A stretch of 64,000 nt of DNA, from the NCBI RefSeq assembly GCF_026210795.1, contig NC_089434.1:682001-746000 (forward strand), given 5' to 3'. Made by a program: the position numbers and the translations under genes. The notes beneath the pieces were generated by a model that was not told the origin of the DNA, searched no databases, and saw nothing but the letters and a program-made list of their open reading frames with translations. Position 1 is the stretch's first letter; every line of letters begins with the position of its first letter. The DNA is from Rhizophagus irregularis (Eukaryota). Of the stretch, positions 23,135-37,002 are shown one piece after another.

Positions 23135-25856
23135 AAAGAAGTAAAATTGTTTGATTTTTAAAAATTTTTTTTTTTTCTTTTTAGTATAAATTATTTTATA
23201 TTCGCTAAGATTGATAAAATTGTATATTTTATACTATAAATTATTTATTATTGTTTTTTAATGTGAATATTTATTGTGATACTTGTAATAAATACATTTT
23301 TTTATTTGATTGTAATTATGAATTTGTGATCGGTATTATACCAAATTTATAAACTTTTTAATAAACTAGGAACATAACTCGCAAGTGTTACGTAATCTAC
23401 GTGTCATATATTTATTTTGCATATTTCATATAGGTAGTGCTACATGAATCAATTGAATCATCGGTTGTGAAGGGACAAAAACGGGGTTAAAACAAATTTT
23501 GATAGTTCAGTACGGTAAATAGCCCCTCGCTACTCGTTACGACGTTACGTTCATGCCCGTTTGTTGAATCACGTGACAAAACTGACAATGGTGTGTACGG
23601 ATTGATCCGTATTAAACCGAAAATCTCCGCGAGTTTGATTGTCGATTTGTGGATCGTCGAATTTCGGATAAAATATTTCCGAAACCAATTAGTATTTGCG
23701 CATATTAATAGTAAAAGCAAATAATTTTTTTTTTATCCATTTTTTCATTGAGCACTAAATGGTGAATTCTTAAGTGTTAAATCTATAGCATATTACGTTG
23801 CCACATCGTTTGTCATTTTGGTAAAATGCCAAGCGACACATTGTTATTCCAAATTATTTAACGCCTACAATATAGTTAATAAATTTTAAGCGTCAATTGA
23901 AATGAGCCTTTTATTGAATCATATTATTTGAATATAGAAAAATTATTTAAATTACCAACTAATAAGCTAATGCTCTAATAATAATAATCTCAGTGTTTAA
24001 TTAATAATAAATGATATTATTTTAAATTTATTTTGTAAAATAATTAAAATAATTTAAAAATTAAAATCCATCTAATACAGTAGAAAAAAAAAAAATAAAT
24101 ACATTGTAATTTGTAAATAAATATTATAAGCATCGTTAATTTATGATCCATGAGTCAACTCAGAAAATGGGAATCTGACGTGGCATCAAATGAAAGCAAA
24201 AAAATTATGTGAAAAAATTATTTTTTTAATAAATAATAATCTATTTGAAAAATACTATGTATTAAAAAAAATTACTAATAATACGACATAAATATTATAT
24301 ATCTGAATAAAGTATTGGATTATAAGATTATTATTATACAGTATACTTCATCTTCATCTATAAGATAAAAATAATATAAAATTATTTATTCGTGGCTGTT
24401 GTATCATTTCTCTATTACAGTCTGAATATCAACACTTACTAAATAAATAAATATAATATAGTATTTTTTGCCTACCAGCTAAAATTCTGATTGCTTAATT
24501 CTATATAAGTAATATAACTAAAAGTTAAAGTTTCATCATTGATTCGGTTTTCCTTTTGATGATTAAACCGAATTTATTTATTTTTTTCTTATTCAAACTG
24601 GAATTTTTTTTTTTTGGTTTTTCTCTTTAACGGTTAAACCGAGATAATGGTTAAACCAAAATTAAATTTTTAAATAAACTATCGGGAACTGTGAAAACCG
24701 TATTTTTTTAAAAAATTTTTTTTATTTATTTTTTTTTTCTCTTTCCAGTTTTTGAAAATTATATTTTATATTTTTTTTCGTTCTCTCCAGTTTTTAAAAA
24801 CGGTTTTTTTAAAAATTTTTTCAGTTTTGTTTTAAACCCAGATTTTTTTTTTAAAAAAAATTTTCCCTTCCTTTCAGTTCTTTTAAGACTGAGTTTTTTA
24901 ATAATATTTTTTTTTCTTTCCTAGTCTTTTAAACCGGATTTTTAATTTAATTTTTTTTCCTTTTTTTCATCTTTTGTTTTTGTTCTTTTCCCATGGTGAG
25001 TTTATAATTTTTTTTCTCATTATTTTTTTTTTAAAAAAAAAATTAGAAAAAATTTTTATTTTTTTTTTATTTTTGGCTTTTTAGCTCAATACCTATTTTT
25101 ATAATCATTTTCAATTAGTTTTTTTATATTTTTTGGGTGAAAAAATCATATAATTTTTTGATATTTGGATCTTGAGTTATTCCATGCTTCCATGACATTG
25201 ACCATAAGATTATGTAAAAGGAAAAAATGTTTTAATAAATACATAACTAATAATAATTAACGTTAAGCAAATAAGCTTATTTTTAATTTTTAATTACCCA
25301 TTTTCAAACCGTATTTATACATTGAAAAATTATCCAAGCTTTTTAATACAACAATTTTATCATAATTATAGTATCTCTTTCCATTTTGATTTTCAATATC
25401 CAAGATTAAATATATCCTTCAGGCCAATCAGCGGAATAAATTTATCAAAATCGTATATTTTTCATTATTCAAGACATTATGCATTAAACAAACCATTAAG
25501 CTGTGAATATTGTATAACTCTATCTCAATAGTTAATTTTTAAAGTTATGCTAAAAACATTTTAGTATTATAGGGATGACATTGACTTCTCATGCTGGGTA
25601 TCCAAATATTCCATATAATTATTTCCTTCTAACTTCCATATAGATTCGGTAGTTAAAATTGTAACATGAATCTTTAAATAACAATTGATAAAAAATTATT
25701 ACTATTTAAATTATATATTATTATTGTATTCATGCTTTGTTCTTAGAGGAACAGCCAAACCTTTTGAATATTTTTTTCCTTTTCAAATTTAATTGATTTT
25801 ATCACGTGACTAAAGAATTTAATATTACGTCACTTACGTCACTTTTGATTTTTGTG

Positions 25857-25956
25857 GCACCCAAGTTTTGTGCACGTGTTAGGTGACACTTAAATGTCAC
25901 TTGTTCCTTATATGGTGATGATCGACACACCTCCCGCTTTCGCTTTCGAGGAGTGC
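25857..25956. mobile_element. Mutator-like MITE (100 bp) upstream of the BTB gene
   Basis: gcac...gtgc termini, 9-bp TSD atttttgtg (25848-25856, 25957-25965). Interior is the reverse complement of part of 61900-62083. Confidence 0.8.
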
Positions 25957-26083
25957 ATTTTTGTGTATGTCTCTCTGGAACACCTAATGTCACACCACCT
26001 TCATGCCTTTAATAAAATCAGGCTACAGATATGATCTGCAACAACTTTATTCTTTCTAGTTTTACCACAACTATAATATAATA

Positions 26084-27608
26084 ATGGCTGATAATAAATT
26101 TTTACCAAAATTGTCTCAAAATTTACTTGAAGTTTTAGACGACGAAGAATATTATGATATTACAATTGAAGTTGGTAAAGATCCTTACGTAAAATTTTTT
26201 CGTGCTCATATGGCTATATTAAATTATCGTTCTCCTTATTTGAGAAGAATTTTATCAACTAATAAAAAGAAAAATGATGGAACCATAGCACATATTAAAT
26301 TACCGAATATTTTACCCGAAATTTTTCAAATAATTTTAAGGTAAGAAAGAATTAAACTAATTGTTATTTAATAAGTCAATAAAATATTTTTTTTTTTTTA
26401 TAAACGTATTATTTTATTTTAGATATATTTATGGTGGAAGAATTTCTTTAGTAGAATATGATATCTTAGATATTATTAAAATCTTGCTTACTGCTAACGA
26501 ATTAAGTATTCAGGAATTAATTCCTCATTTACAATCATTTTTAATTAAAAACAAAACGAACTGGATGGAACAAAATTTTAACTTGATATATCAAACGAGC
26601 TTCGAAAACAACTCTTTTTTGGGTCTTCAAAAGTTTTGCACAAAGTTAATTTCTAAACAACCAGAAAAAATTTTCAATTCATCTGATTTTACTTCGATTC
26701 CAGAAAAAGCTTTAATTTCTCTTATTCGGCATGATAAAGTTAAAATGGGAGTTCGAATTTGGGAACATGTACTTAAATGGGGTATTGCAAAAAATCCTGG
26801 ACTTTCGTCAGATCCTTCAAGTTATTCAAATGATGATTTTAATGTTTTAAAAAATACTTTACAACAATTTATTCCTTTAATTAAATTTAATGAATTTACT
26901 TCTAGAGAATTCCTGAATAAGGTGTATCCGTATAAAAAGGTTATTCCCGAAGATCTACAAGATAATTTATTCAAATATTTTTTGGATCATGATTATGTAC
27001 CAAGGAACAAATTAGAACCACAGATTATTAAAGAATTAAATACTAAGGGTATAGATTCAAATATTATTACAATTCAACATGCTGAATTAATCTCAAAATG
27101 GATTGATAAATTAGAGATTACAGATGAATTAAAGAATTCATATAAATTCAAATTAATTCTTCGTGGTTCTCGTGATGGATTTACAGCTCAAAAGTTTCAT
27201 GAAATCTGTGATAATAAATCTTGTACTGTAACGATTATTAAAGTGAAAGACAGTAATGAAATTCTTGGAGGATATAATCCGATTGAATGGAAGAATGGTA
27301 TTAGTAAATTTGTTAGTTATGGTACTACCAAGGATAGTTTTATTTTCTCTTTTGTAAATAGAATTAATATTGAAAATTGTCTTATTAGTCGTGTAGAGGA
27401 TGAGGAACATGCTATAGTTTATTCGAATTATCACGGACCATCATTTGGCAGTGGAGACCTCATAATATATGAAGGGTATCAAAGAGCTTCTTTTAATAGA
27501 AATACTAGTGGCTATTGTGAAAAGAGGTGTTATGAAAAACAGATTAGAGAGACACCAGATAAATTTTCTATAGAAGATTATGAAGTTTTTCAGATTCATA
27601 ATGAATAA
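26084..27608 (+). CDS. BTB/POZ-BACK-TLDc domain protein (intron 26341-26422)
   Basis: BTB start DITIEVG...FRAHMAILNYRSPY, YIYGG. TLDc motifs FKLILRGSRDGF, ILGGYNP, GPSFG, IEDYEVFQI. Confidence 0.92.
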
Positions 27609-28748
27609 TAGATTAGAAATTGTGTGCAAATTATTGAAGATTTAGTGCCACTATATGGGTTCTATAAATTATTGATTTATTTATTAATAAAGTGGAAAAG
27701 AATTGTGTAAGATCAGTTTACTAAATATGTAAGCGAAAAATTCATAAAAATAAAATATTAATCATGGAATTTTTTTTTCTTTGAAATAAAATTGTAAGTT
27801 TATACTAACAATAGAATTACTATAATATTATATGGAAACTAACCTTAAAAGAGTTAATTTAATACCAGTTGTGGAATTGCAACATTCTCATTTTATGTTA
27901 ATGAAATTATAAAACAATATTACTTTATAATTATTTATTTTCGGAGTAAGGATATTTGTATTAAAAAATAAGAAAAATATAAACTGAAATAAAAAATAAA
28001 ATAAAATTAATTAGTAATGAATTGAATTATGGTTGTGAATAATCATAAGTATTTATTTTTTTTAAAGTAAAACATCTAAATTTTTTGCATCACGTACAGC
28101 AGCAGCAATCATTTCTACTTTTCGATTAAACCTAGCTGATTTAGGGCTTTATGCCATTTCATAACTATTTAAAAATAATAATATATTAATTAGTATGAAA
28201 ACAACCTTAATATATTTTAGTAAAACTATAAATACGCACTTTAAAAAACAATTCCCAACCCCGTATCCCCGTATGACATAATTTTAATTAAATGATATTA
28301 ATTCAAAAATAAATTTTCTTTACAAAATTCTATTACATAATAAAATGGGCGAAGTTTATTTATATCGATTAATGTTGCACAATATCGGTTTATATGAAAA
28401 TGATCTGCATGTGACATTTCTGGTGACTGATATAAAAAAATTTTTAGTCGACAATATTTCTTTCCTATATGGTGATGTTAAAGAATAAAACGTAAATTTA
28501 TATGAAAGAGTGCAATTTTTGTAATGTTCAAGAAAAATATCGAGAAAAAATTTATAACTACTGAAAAAAACTTAATAAATTTACAATCGTTTTTAATAAA
28601 TCTCGATATAGTGGTTGATCTGCCATGGCGTAATATTTTGTTACACCTAATTGGTAATTTAATCAAAGTTAATCAAATGTCGATCACGAAACTGAACTTT
28701 CTTTTTACAAATTTCTTAGTTTATAAAAAGATAATATAAGATTGCATT

Positions 28749-30777
28749 ATGTCTAATATTCGAGAAGAAGTAGTTCATACAGCACTTAATAGAGCATTTG
28801 CATTAACAGATGCTAATATTCATAATGATATACATAAACATTTTGAATTTCAAAAACAAACACTTCTTGCTGATAAATCTCTTACAGAAGATGAAAAAAC
28901 TGAGGCAATAAAACAAATAAGTAAAACTTATGATGAAACTAAAGTTCAATATAATTCAGGAACAAAAAGAATTTGTGAGAATTGTAATCAAGAATGTTTG
29001 GCTACATTATTTTGTGAATATTGTGTTCGAAATTATTTAAAAGCAAATTTTTCAAATTGGACGTCTGGAAATGATAATATTGACGATTTAATACAAAAAT
29101 GTCAATCAGAAACACTCGTTCCGAATAAAATAATTGAATGGATACCATATAATAATTTACAAAATATCAAATACCTAACAGAAGGTGGATTCTCTAAAAT
29201 TTATACAGCAATTTGGATTGATGGATATTATATTGAATGGGATTCTGAAAAACAACAATTAAACAAATTTGGAAGACAAGATGTAATACTTAAAAAATTA
29301 GAAAATGTTGAAAATGCAAATCAAAGTTGGTTTGAAGAGGTTTGTATTTTAAAAATGTATAATTAGAAGTTCTTAATATAAAAATTTTTTAATAAATTGT
29401 TTTTTTATAGGCTAAATCACATTTAACTATAAGTAGTAAATGGCCACGTATTGTTAAATGTTTTGGTTTAACACAAGATCCATCAAATGGAAATTTCATG
29501 CTTGTATTGAATAATATGGATGTAAATTTAAGAGAATATTTACAACAAAATTATAGTCAACTTACATGGAAAGAAAGGATTCAAATTACTGTTGATATAA
29601 TTTATGCACTTGATGATATTCATGGGGAGAATGCAATTCATAGAGACTTACATTCTGGAAATATATTGTATTCAGAAAGAGATCAGGATTGGTATATTAG
29701 TGATTTGGGATTTTGTGGCCCTGCAGATAAACCATTAAAAAGTATATATGGAAATCTTCCTTATATAGCACCTGAGGTTATTGCTGGAAAACAGGCTACA
29801 AAAGCATCTGATATTTATGGTTTTGCTATGCTTATGTGGGAAATTTCATCTGGACAACCACCATTTCTTAATTGCAAACATGATTATGATCTTATATTGA
29901 ATATTATTAATGGTATAAGACCAAGAATGGTATCAGGTACCCCTTTAGAATATGAAAGTTTAATGAAACAATGTTGGGATGCTGATCCATTAAAAAGACC
30001 TGATTCTAATACACTGTGGAATAAAATGGATGAAATTAATTTATATTATCAAAAAAAATCAAATGAACCAACTCAATTGGAAATAAATAAAAATTTTGAA
30101 ATAAATAAAACAAGTAGTTTTAAACCAAACTACACAAGTAGCAAATTATCTACAAGTAAAGTTCATCAATTTGGATTTTCTTCTGAACCGAAAAATGCAA
30201 CAGAAGGTATTAATTATCATATACTTATCATTATTTATAAAATTTAAAATATATTAATATTGTAAAATTTATATTTTTTCAAAATTTTCAATTATAATAA
30301 TAGAAGAACAAGAAGGTATGAATAAACAATTTTTATTTGAAAGTTATTTACTTATAACACCTAATAATTTTATTTTTTTGTAGCATTTTATAGTAAATCA
30401 TATGATGAGTTTCAAATTCCTGATAATAGTAAGTGTCTATTATGATATGATATTCATTAATCATTTTACTAATTGAATTTTGCTTTATAGTTGATGATTT
30501 TAATTATTCAAGTAATTGGAAAAATAATAGTACATCAAAAATGAGTAGTATTGAAGGTACTAATTTTACTAATATTAGATCTTTTAAAATTACAATTAAG
30601 TATTAATTTATGCCTTGAACTTTTTAGCTAATAGTAAAGACGCTCAAAATGATAATAAAATCGAAACAATGCAGCAACAGATTAAGAATATCAATCTCGA
30701 AGGTATTTACATATTAAATCATATCAAATCAATAATATCATAATTTCTAATTTATTTATCTTACAGACGAAAAATGA
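28749..30777 (+). CDS. TKL-type protein kinase with N-terminal Cys domain, multi-exon
   Basis: EGGFSKIY, VILK, HRDLHSGN, SDLGF, APE, SDIY. Intron 29340-29410 and several 3' micro-exons. As written it stops at TGA 30775-30777. Confidence 0.88.
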
Positions 30778-31095
30778 AATACATAATAATCCAAATCTTC
30801 ATTCAGAAGAACAAGATGAATCGGAAATTCCTGATAGTATTTATATCTTAATTTTACATGATGTTAAATTACTAAATTTTTATAGATTTTGGTTTCTTTG
30901 AATTATTTTATATTTTTATATTTTTTTCTGAATAGTTTAAACACTGAGATTAGAGTAGCAAGATAAAATACTTAGCAATGTTTTTTAGTTTGTAATTTAA
31001 ATTATTCATTCAATTTAGTTATCATATAAATTAACTTTAAATAAATTTATTTCTTTATGCAGTACTTATAAAATTCAAAATTAAAGTCAATTCAG

Positions 31096-31275
31096 CCCAG
31101 TAAAAAGTTCTTGTACCAAATATAGGCCAATTATGAAATGAGCCCATTCGGTATAAAATTTGGCCATATTTATTTTAATTTTATCCCATTTATGGTCCAA
31201 TTTTTCGTACCAAACGGGCTCATGTATAAATTCAATACAAACCTAATATGAATTCAGTACAGGACTTTTACTGGG
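31096..31275. mobile_element. MITE with CCC...GGG termini and 3-bp TSD
   Basis: cccagtaaaaagttcttgtac / gtacaggacttttactggg. CAG on both sides. Confidence 0.85.
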
Positions 31276-31469
31276 CAGTAGTCTATAATATGTTCTTTTA
31301 ACATAAATATAAATTGTTTGATGAAATTGACTAAACTGTTTCAATGTCTAAAATTTATGATTCACAATGATATGTACTAATATAAATTTTTACAATGAGC
31401 CCTTAAATTTATTATATAATATATGGCAAGCCGAGTTGGACTAAACTACTATCAGGCATTGGGCAGTGA

Positions 31470-31710
31470 AAAATCTGTCTGTGCTTGATATGTTCATGCT
31501 TGATGTTTATCTATCACGTGTTTGATATTTTTATCTGTTCATGCTTGATGTTTATCTGTACGTGCTTGATGGTTTTATTTGACCATGCTTGACATTTTTA
31601 TCCGTCCGTGCTTTATGATTTTATCCATCTGTGCTTGATATTTTTGTCCGTCTGGTCTTGCTGTTTTTGTCCAACTGTGTTTGATTTAATCCAACTATAC
31701 TTGATAATTT
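31470..31710. repeat. Degenerate ~20-22-bp tandem repeat (tgcttgatatttttatctgtccg-like)
   Basis: About 10 recurrences of (g/a)tgcttga(t/c). Confidence 0.7.
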
Positions 31711-31714
31711 TATC

Positions 31715-32151
31715 TAGGGTTGGATTAGTCCAGTCTGGTCCAGTCCGGTCCCAAAAAGACCGGTCTTTCAACCTGGACTGGACTTGCGGACCAATTTAAA
31801 TTTAATAAATTTATCCCTATGATTTTGAGCCTCTAAATTACGCAAAGTTTTTTATTAAAACTGTTAAAGAATGTTGCGAAACGTTTTTTAACATGTAATT
31901 TAACAAATGAAAAAACTTTTCACAACATTTTTTATTAAAACAGTTAAAGAGTGTTGCGAAATGTTTTTTGACATGTAATTTAACAAATAAAAAACATTTT
32001 TTAATGATTTTAACGAGTCATTTTTATTGGATATTAATCATATGGATCGGTCTCCGGTTTGGACCGGTCCTCAGATCTCGGACCGAAGACCGTGAAGACC
32101 AGTCCCAAGACCGACACAGGACCGGTCTTTGCTAGGACTGATCCAACCCTA
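31715..32151. mobile_element. hAT-type MITE
   Basis: TIRs tagggttggattagtcc / ggactgatccaacccta. 8-bp TSD attttatc (31707-31714, 32152-32159). gaccggtc subterminal motifs. Confidence 0.9.
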
Positions 32152-32287
32152 ATTTTATCTGTCAAAAATTAGTTTCTTTGGGTTGATATTTTGTCGATCA
32201 CATGTTTTGGCAGATCCGCAAACTGCTTTTGGTAAGAAAATGAACGGATAAGGTTTTTTTTTAAATTTTACACGAATAATTTTTTTT

Positions 32288-32830
32288 TTATTGGTTTTTT
32301 TATAAACAAATTTTGTAGAGAATTTTTATTTTTAATATAGACAAAGGCTTTGTTTGATAGAATTTCTTTGGGAATTAAATTTCGCTAGAGAATTTTTTTC
32401 ATTGATAGGGACATTTCTGAGTTTTTTTTTTTTGATGGATAATTTCATTAAAAGCTTTTATTTGATAGAAATTTCATTGGAGAATTTTTTTTAATACTAG
32501 GAGGGAGTTTTCTTGATAATGAATTTCTTTTGGGAATTTTTTTTAATAGGTGAAAGTATTTTTTGATGGAGAATTTTATTAGAGAATTTTTTTTAATAGG
32601 GGAATTGTTTTTGATAGAGGATTTTATTAAAGAATTTTTCTTTAATAGATTTTGCTGAGAATTTTTGTAAGATTTTTTTTTTTTTTTGATAGATTTCGTT
32701 AGTGTAAATTTTTTTAACAGGGGAGATTTTTTTTTGATAGAAAATTTTGGTAAAGAATTTTTTTTTTAATAGGAGGGGAGTTATTTTTTTTAATAGGTGG
32801 TAAGAATCTTTGAATTTTTTTTAATAGGGA
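32288..32830. repeat. T-rich minisatellite (gatagagaattt / tttttaatagg units), homologous to 35028-35840
   Basis: Both blocks begin ttattgg(t/c)tttttttataaacaaattttgtagagaa and stay colinear. Confidence 0.8.
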
Positions 32831-34601
32831 AAATGGTAAACAAAGTTAATTTTAAATGGCATATGCTCATGTATTTACGTGACATTATGTAATGGAATAT
32901 GATTATGTGAAAAATAAAGTATTGCACAAGTGTTGTGAATTTTCAAGCATATGTTATTTTCTTCTGTAATGACATTTTTTAAGGCACGGATTTTGTGATC
33001 GGGTAGATTTCTTTAGTCTTTCATTTTTTTTGTTACACAATGATTTGAGGTAAAGATTATTTGTATAAAGGAATTTTTCAACATTTTCGGCTTTGCGAAG
33101 GTAAGGTAAAACCGTTGGGAATCTACGTTATTTACTGTAGTATATGAGTTATGGCAGCAAAACTGTATGTAAAACTTTGTGATTATATCTCTCTCAAGAT
33201 ACATGTTATCAGAGAGCACTATTGTAAAGGAAAAATAATATCAATGACATAATCCTAATTGGCTATGAAAATTCATCAATTATTATGCAACCTGTCAACT
33301 ACCCATGACCTTTGACAAGATTACTGTGAAACCGATAGCGATATTCTGGATATATTAGTGACGTAACTCGGCAGACCAGATTTAGGTATCTAATAGAAGA
33401 TCTGTTACTCATAGTTTCATTGTACGGTATATTTATAAAAAGCAAATATTACAAATATCACAGTCGTAACTTGGTACGTTAACTTCAGTTTCTAATTTTT
33501 CTGATTTATGCTATTTTTATCTCTTTAGAACCAAAATTATCTGACACAATTAAAGATTCAAATTACTTGGCGAATTTCCGGTCTTTTAGGTATGTGGTTT
33601 ATGTTGCCAATATTCTATATTGAATTAGATAATATAATGACCATTAAAATTAGATCGCAATAAAAATTGTAATATGTCGCTATACTTACTTTCATATAGC
33701 GCAGCAAGTTTATAATTCGCGCCTGGAAAGGTTTTCTCTCATATTCTCAAGGATGCTTGACTTGATTTTAATAATTTTGTAAGGATCATTATTTTTTGTT
33801 TCAAAATCAAAAGGCAATTTACGACTTGTTAATTCCCAGAATAATACCCCTAGGTTATATATATCAGCCTTTTCAGTTAAGGTATATGAACGTCCTCGAG
33901 TTTCGGACGAATATAGGCTTCACTCAAAAAAATTGGGATCGTGTAAGGTATTACACCATATTCCTACCAATCGTACATATCAAGACATAAGGGATAAAGC
34001 TTATGGTTATAATAAAAAGTTATCGGGAGTACAATGAATTCTAAAAGTCAGGAATTAGTATTGGCAGTAAAATACGAAGTAAATTAAAAGATAATTATGA
34101 GTTTATTTTCTTAATAAATATTCATAATTGATTCAATTATAAAATCTAAAATATGAAATAAAAAACTTAATAAAAGCTTTAAACGTAAATATTTAATATA
34201 CTTCTTTTTTATATAAGCGAGCGTTAGTATTGCTGAGATAAAGATACCATAAAGTACAGCAGATAAATAATAATAAACGACAACAAAGAATAATTTAAAA
34301 ATATGGAATTATTGTCTGAAAATAAGATTATATATATTTTAATATATATACCCTGATTTTATTTGTAGTTGCCATAAAATTTATTTCATAAAATATTAGA
34401 TTCACCTAAATTCGATTTTACCGGTTAAAAATTGTTATTTATATATTTTTTTATTGATAATTTATACTTTTAATAATTTAATTACTTTATTATATAATTA
34501 TTTAAATTACAAACTAAGAATCTTGTAAAACATTTTTTTACTACTCTAGTCTTAGTGTTTAAATAATTCAAAATAAAGTATAAATAAATGATACCAATTT
34601 G

Positions 34602-37002
34602 TATGGCAAGCGGTAGTGGTCAAAAGTGCGTAGCAAAACATAGCGTGTACACGCTACAAAACATAGCGTATACACGTTATATTTCACGGCGGGTTACCCC
34701 TGTTCTGTTGGGTTAACCTGTCAATTTCAGGGGTAACCCGCCATAAAAAGCAACGTGTATACGCTACATAATTTAACGCGTATGCGCTTTATATTATAAC
34801 GGTTTATTAATTTATTTTGGACCAAATTTTAAATTATTAAGGGATCGAATACCTGCCGTTTCAAATATCAGGTACCCGCCGTTCTACATATCAGGTACCC
34901 GCCGCTTCACATATCGGGTACCTGCCGCTTCACATATCGGGTACCCGCCGTTTCACATATCGGGTACCCGCCATTTTACATATCGGGTACCTGCCATTTA
35001 ATTTTTTTTAAAAAAAAATTTTTTTTTTTATTGGCTTTTTTTTATAAACAAATTTTGTAGAGAACTTTTATTTTTAATATAGGCAAAAGCTTTGTTTGAT
35101 AGAATTTCATTGGGAATTTTTTTAATAAGAAGATTTTTTTTGATAAAAAATTTCGTTAGAAAATTTTTTTCATTGATAGGGACATTTCTGAGTTTTTTTT
35201 TTTTTTGATGGATAATTTCGTTAAAAACTTTTATTTGATAGAAATTTCATTGGAGAATTTTTTTTAATAAGATTTTTTTTTTTTGACGTATACTTAATTT
35301 GTTGGAGCAATTTTTTTTAACAGGAAAGATTTTTTTGATAGAGAATTATTTGAGATTTTTTTTTTTTTGTAGAAAATTATTTGAAGAATTTTTTTAATAG
35401 AGAAGATTTTTTTTTGATAGATAATTTCGTTAGAAAATTTTTTAACAAGTGAAATTTTTTTTGATAGAGAATTTTGTTACGAATTTTTTTTTAATTGAAG
35501 GAGTTTTCCTTAATAAAGAATTTCTTTTGGGACTTTTTTTAATAGGTGAAAGTATTTTTTGACGGAGAATTTTATTAGAGAATTTTTTTTTAATAGGGGG
35601 ATTGTTTTTGATAGAGAATTTCATTAAAGAATTTCGCTGAGAATTTTTTTTTTTTTTGATAGAAATTTCATCATAGAATTTTTTTTTGATAGATAATTTC
35701 GTTAGTGTAAATTTTTTTAACAGGGGAGACTTTTTTTTGATAGAGAATTTCGGTAAAGATTTTTTTTTTAATAGGAGAGTTTTTTTTTTGATATAGAAAT
35801 TCTTTGAGAATTTTTTTTAATAGGTGGTAAGAATCTTTTTAATCGGGGATATTTTTTTTGATTGAGAATTTCATTAGAGAATTGTTTGTTGAAAATTTTT
35901 TTTATTTTTTTGATGGTGAATTTTGTTTAGAAATCTTAATAGAAAATTTTATTGATAATAGTTTTTTTTTAATAAGTGTATCGAGAATTTTGGCTTGAAA
36001 TTTTTTTTTAATTTTTTTTATAAAAATTGATTGAAAATTTATTGGAAAATTTTTTATTAAATTTACAATTTTAATAAATTTTTACTTCTCTTCATCTTCC
36101 CATCACTTCTTTTCATCTCCCATCGCTCCTTTTCGTCTTCCATCACTCCTCTTCGTCTACCATCACTCCTTTTCGTTCTTTTCGTCTCCCATCACTTCTT
36201 TTCGTTCCTCTTCATCTTCTTTTTGTCTCCCATAACTCCTTTTTATTTCTTATCACTCCTCTTTGTCTCCCATCACTTCTTTTCGTCTCCCATCACTCCT
36301 TTTCATCTCTCATTATGTCCTATTTCTCCTTTTTGTTTCCTATCACTTCTCATTACTCTTTTTTACTACCTTTCATCTTCTATTACTTTCCATTACTCCC
36401 ACTGTTATTTCATTTTTTTATTAGCATCTTTCTCCTTGATCATTGTAATTTACTTATCTTTTTTATTTATTGTTATTGTTTCTTTTATTTTTACACTTAA
36501 ATAAAAATAAATATATGGTGATTTTTTTCTTTAAAATCGTAAATGGGTGACTTAAATTTTAATATTTGCAAATAAAATTTCATTAAATAAATAATTATCA
36601 TTATTGATATCAAAAGTTAATATGCTGACTGCCAGTTCATATAACGGGTACCCGCCGTTTCTTATAGCGGGTACCTGCCATTTCTTATAACGGGTACCTG
36701 CCGTTTCTTATAGCAGGTACCCGCCGTTCCTTATAACAGGTACCTGCCGTTTCTTATAGCGGGTACCCGCCATTCCATATAACAGGTACCCGCCATTTCT
36801 TATAACGGGTACCCGTCATAACATATAACGTATATAACGCTATGAAATATAGCGTATTAAACGCTATTTTTTGCAACAGGTTACCCCTGAAACAGACAGA
36901 ACAGGGGTAACCCGCCGTGAAATATAACGTATATGCGCTACAAAACATAGCGTATACACGCTATGTTTTGCTACGCACTTTTGACCATGGCGGCTTTCCA
37001 TA
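34602..37002. mobile_element. Non-coding foldback-like element with ~200-bp imperfect TIRs and internal tandem arrays
   Basis: tggtcaaaagtgcgtagcaaaacatagcgtgta at 34617, inverted at 36955-36987. ~22-bp ggtacccgcc arrays at ~34845-35000 and ~36645-36815. catcactccttttcgtctcc array at ~36085-36330. No TSD found. Confidence 0.75.

Noticed and set aside
24550..25100. T-rich region with recurring aaaccg motifs
   Set aside because: Low complexity, and no termini, TSD or consistent period could be defined.
36223..36504. Hydrophobic 93-aa and 61-aa ORFs
   Set aside because: Derived from a pyrimidine-rich tandem repeat within a non-coding element.
34845..36815. 22-bp repeat arrays as CRISPR or iterons
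   Set aside because: No spacers and no Rep gene. They are subterminal arrays of a repeat element.
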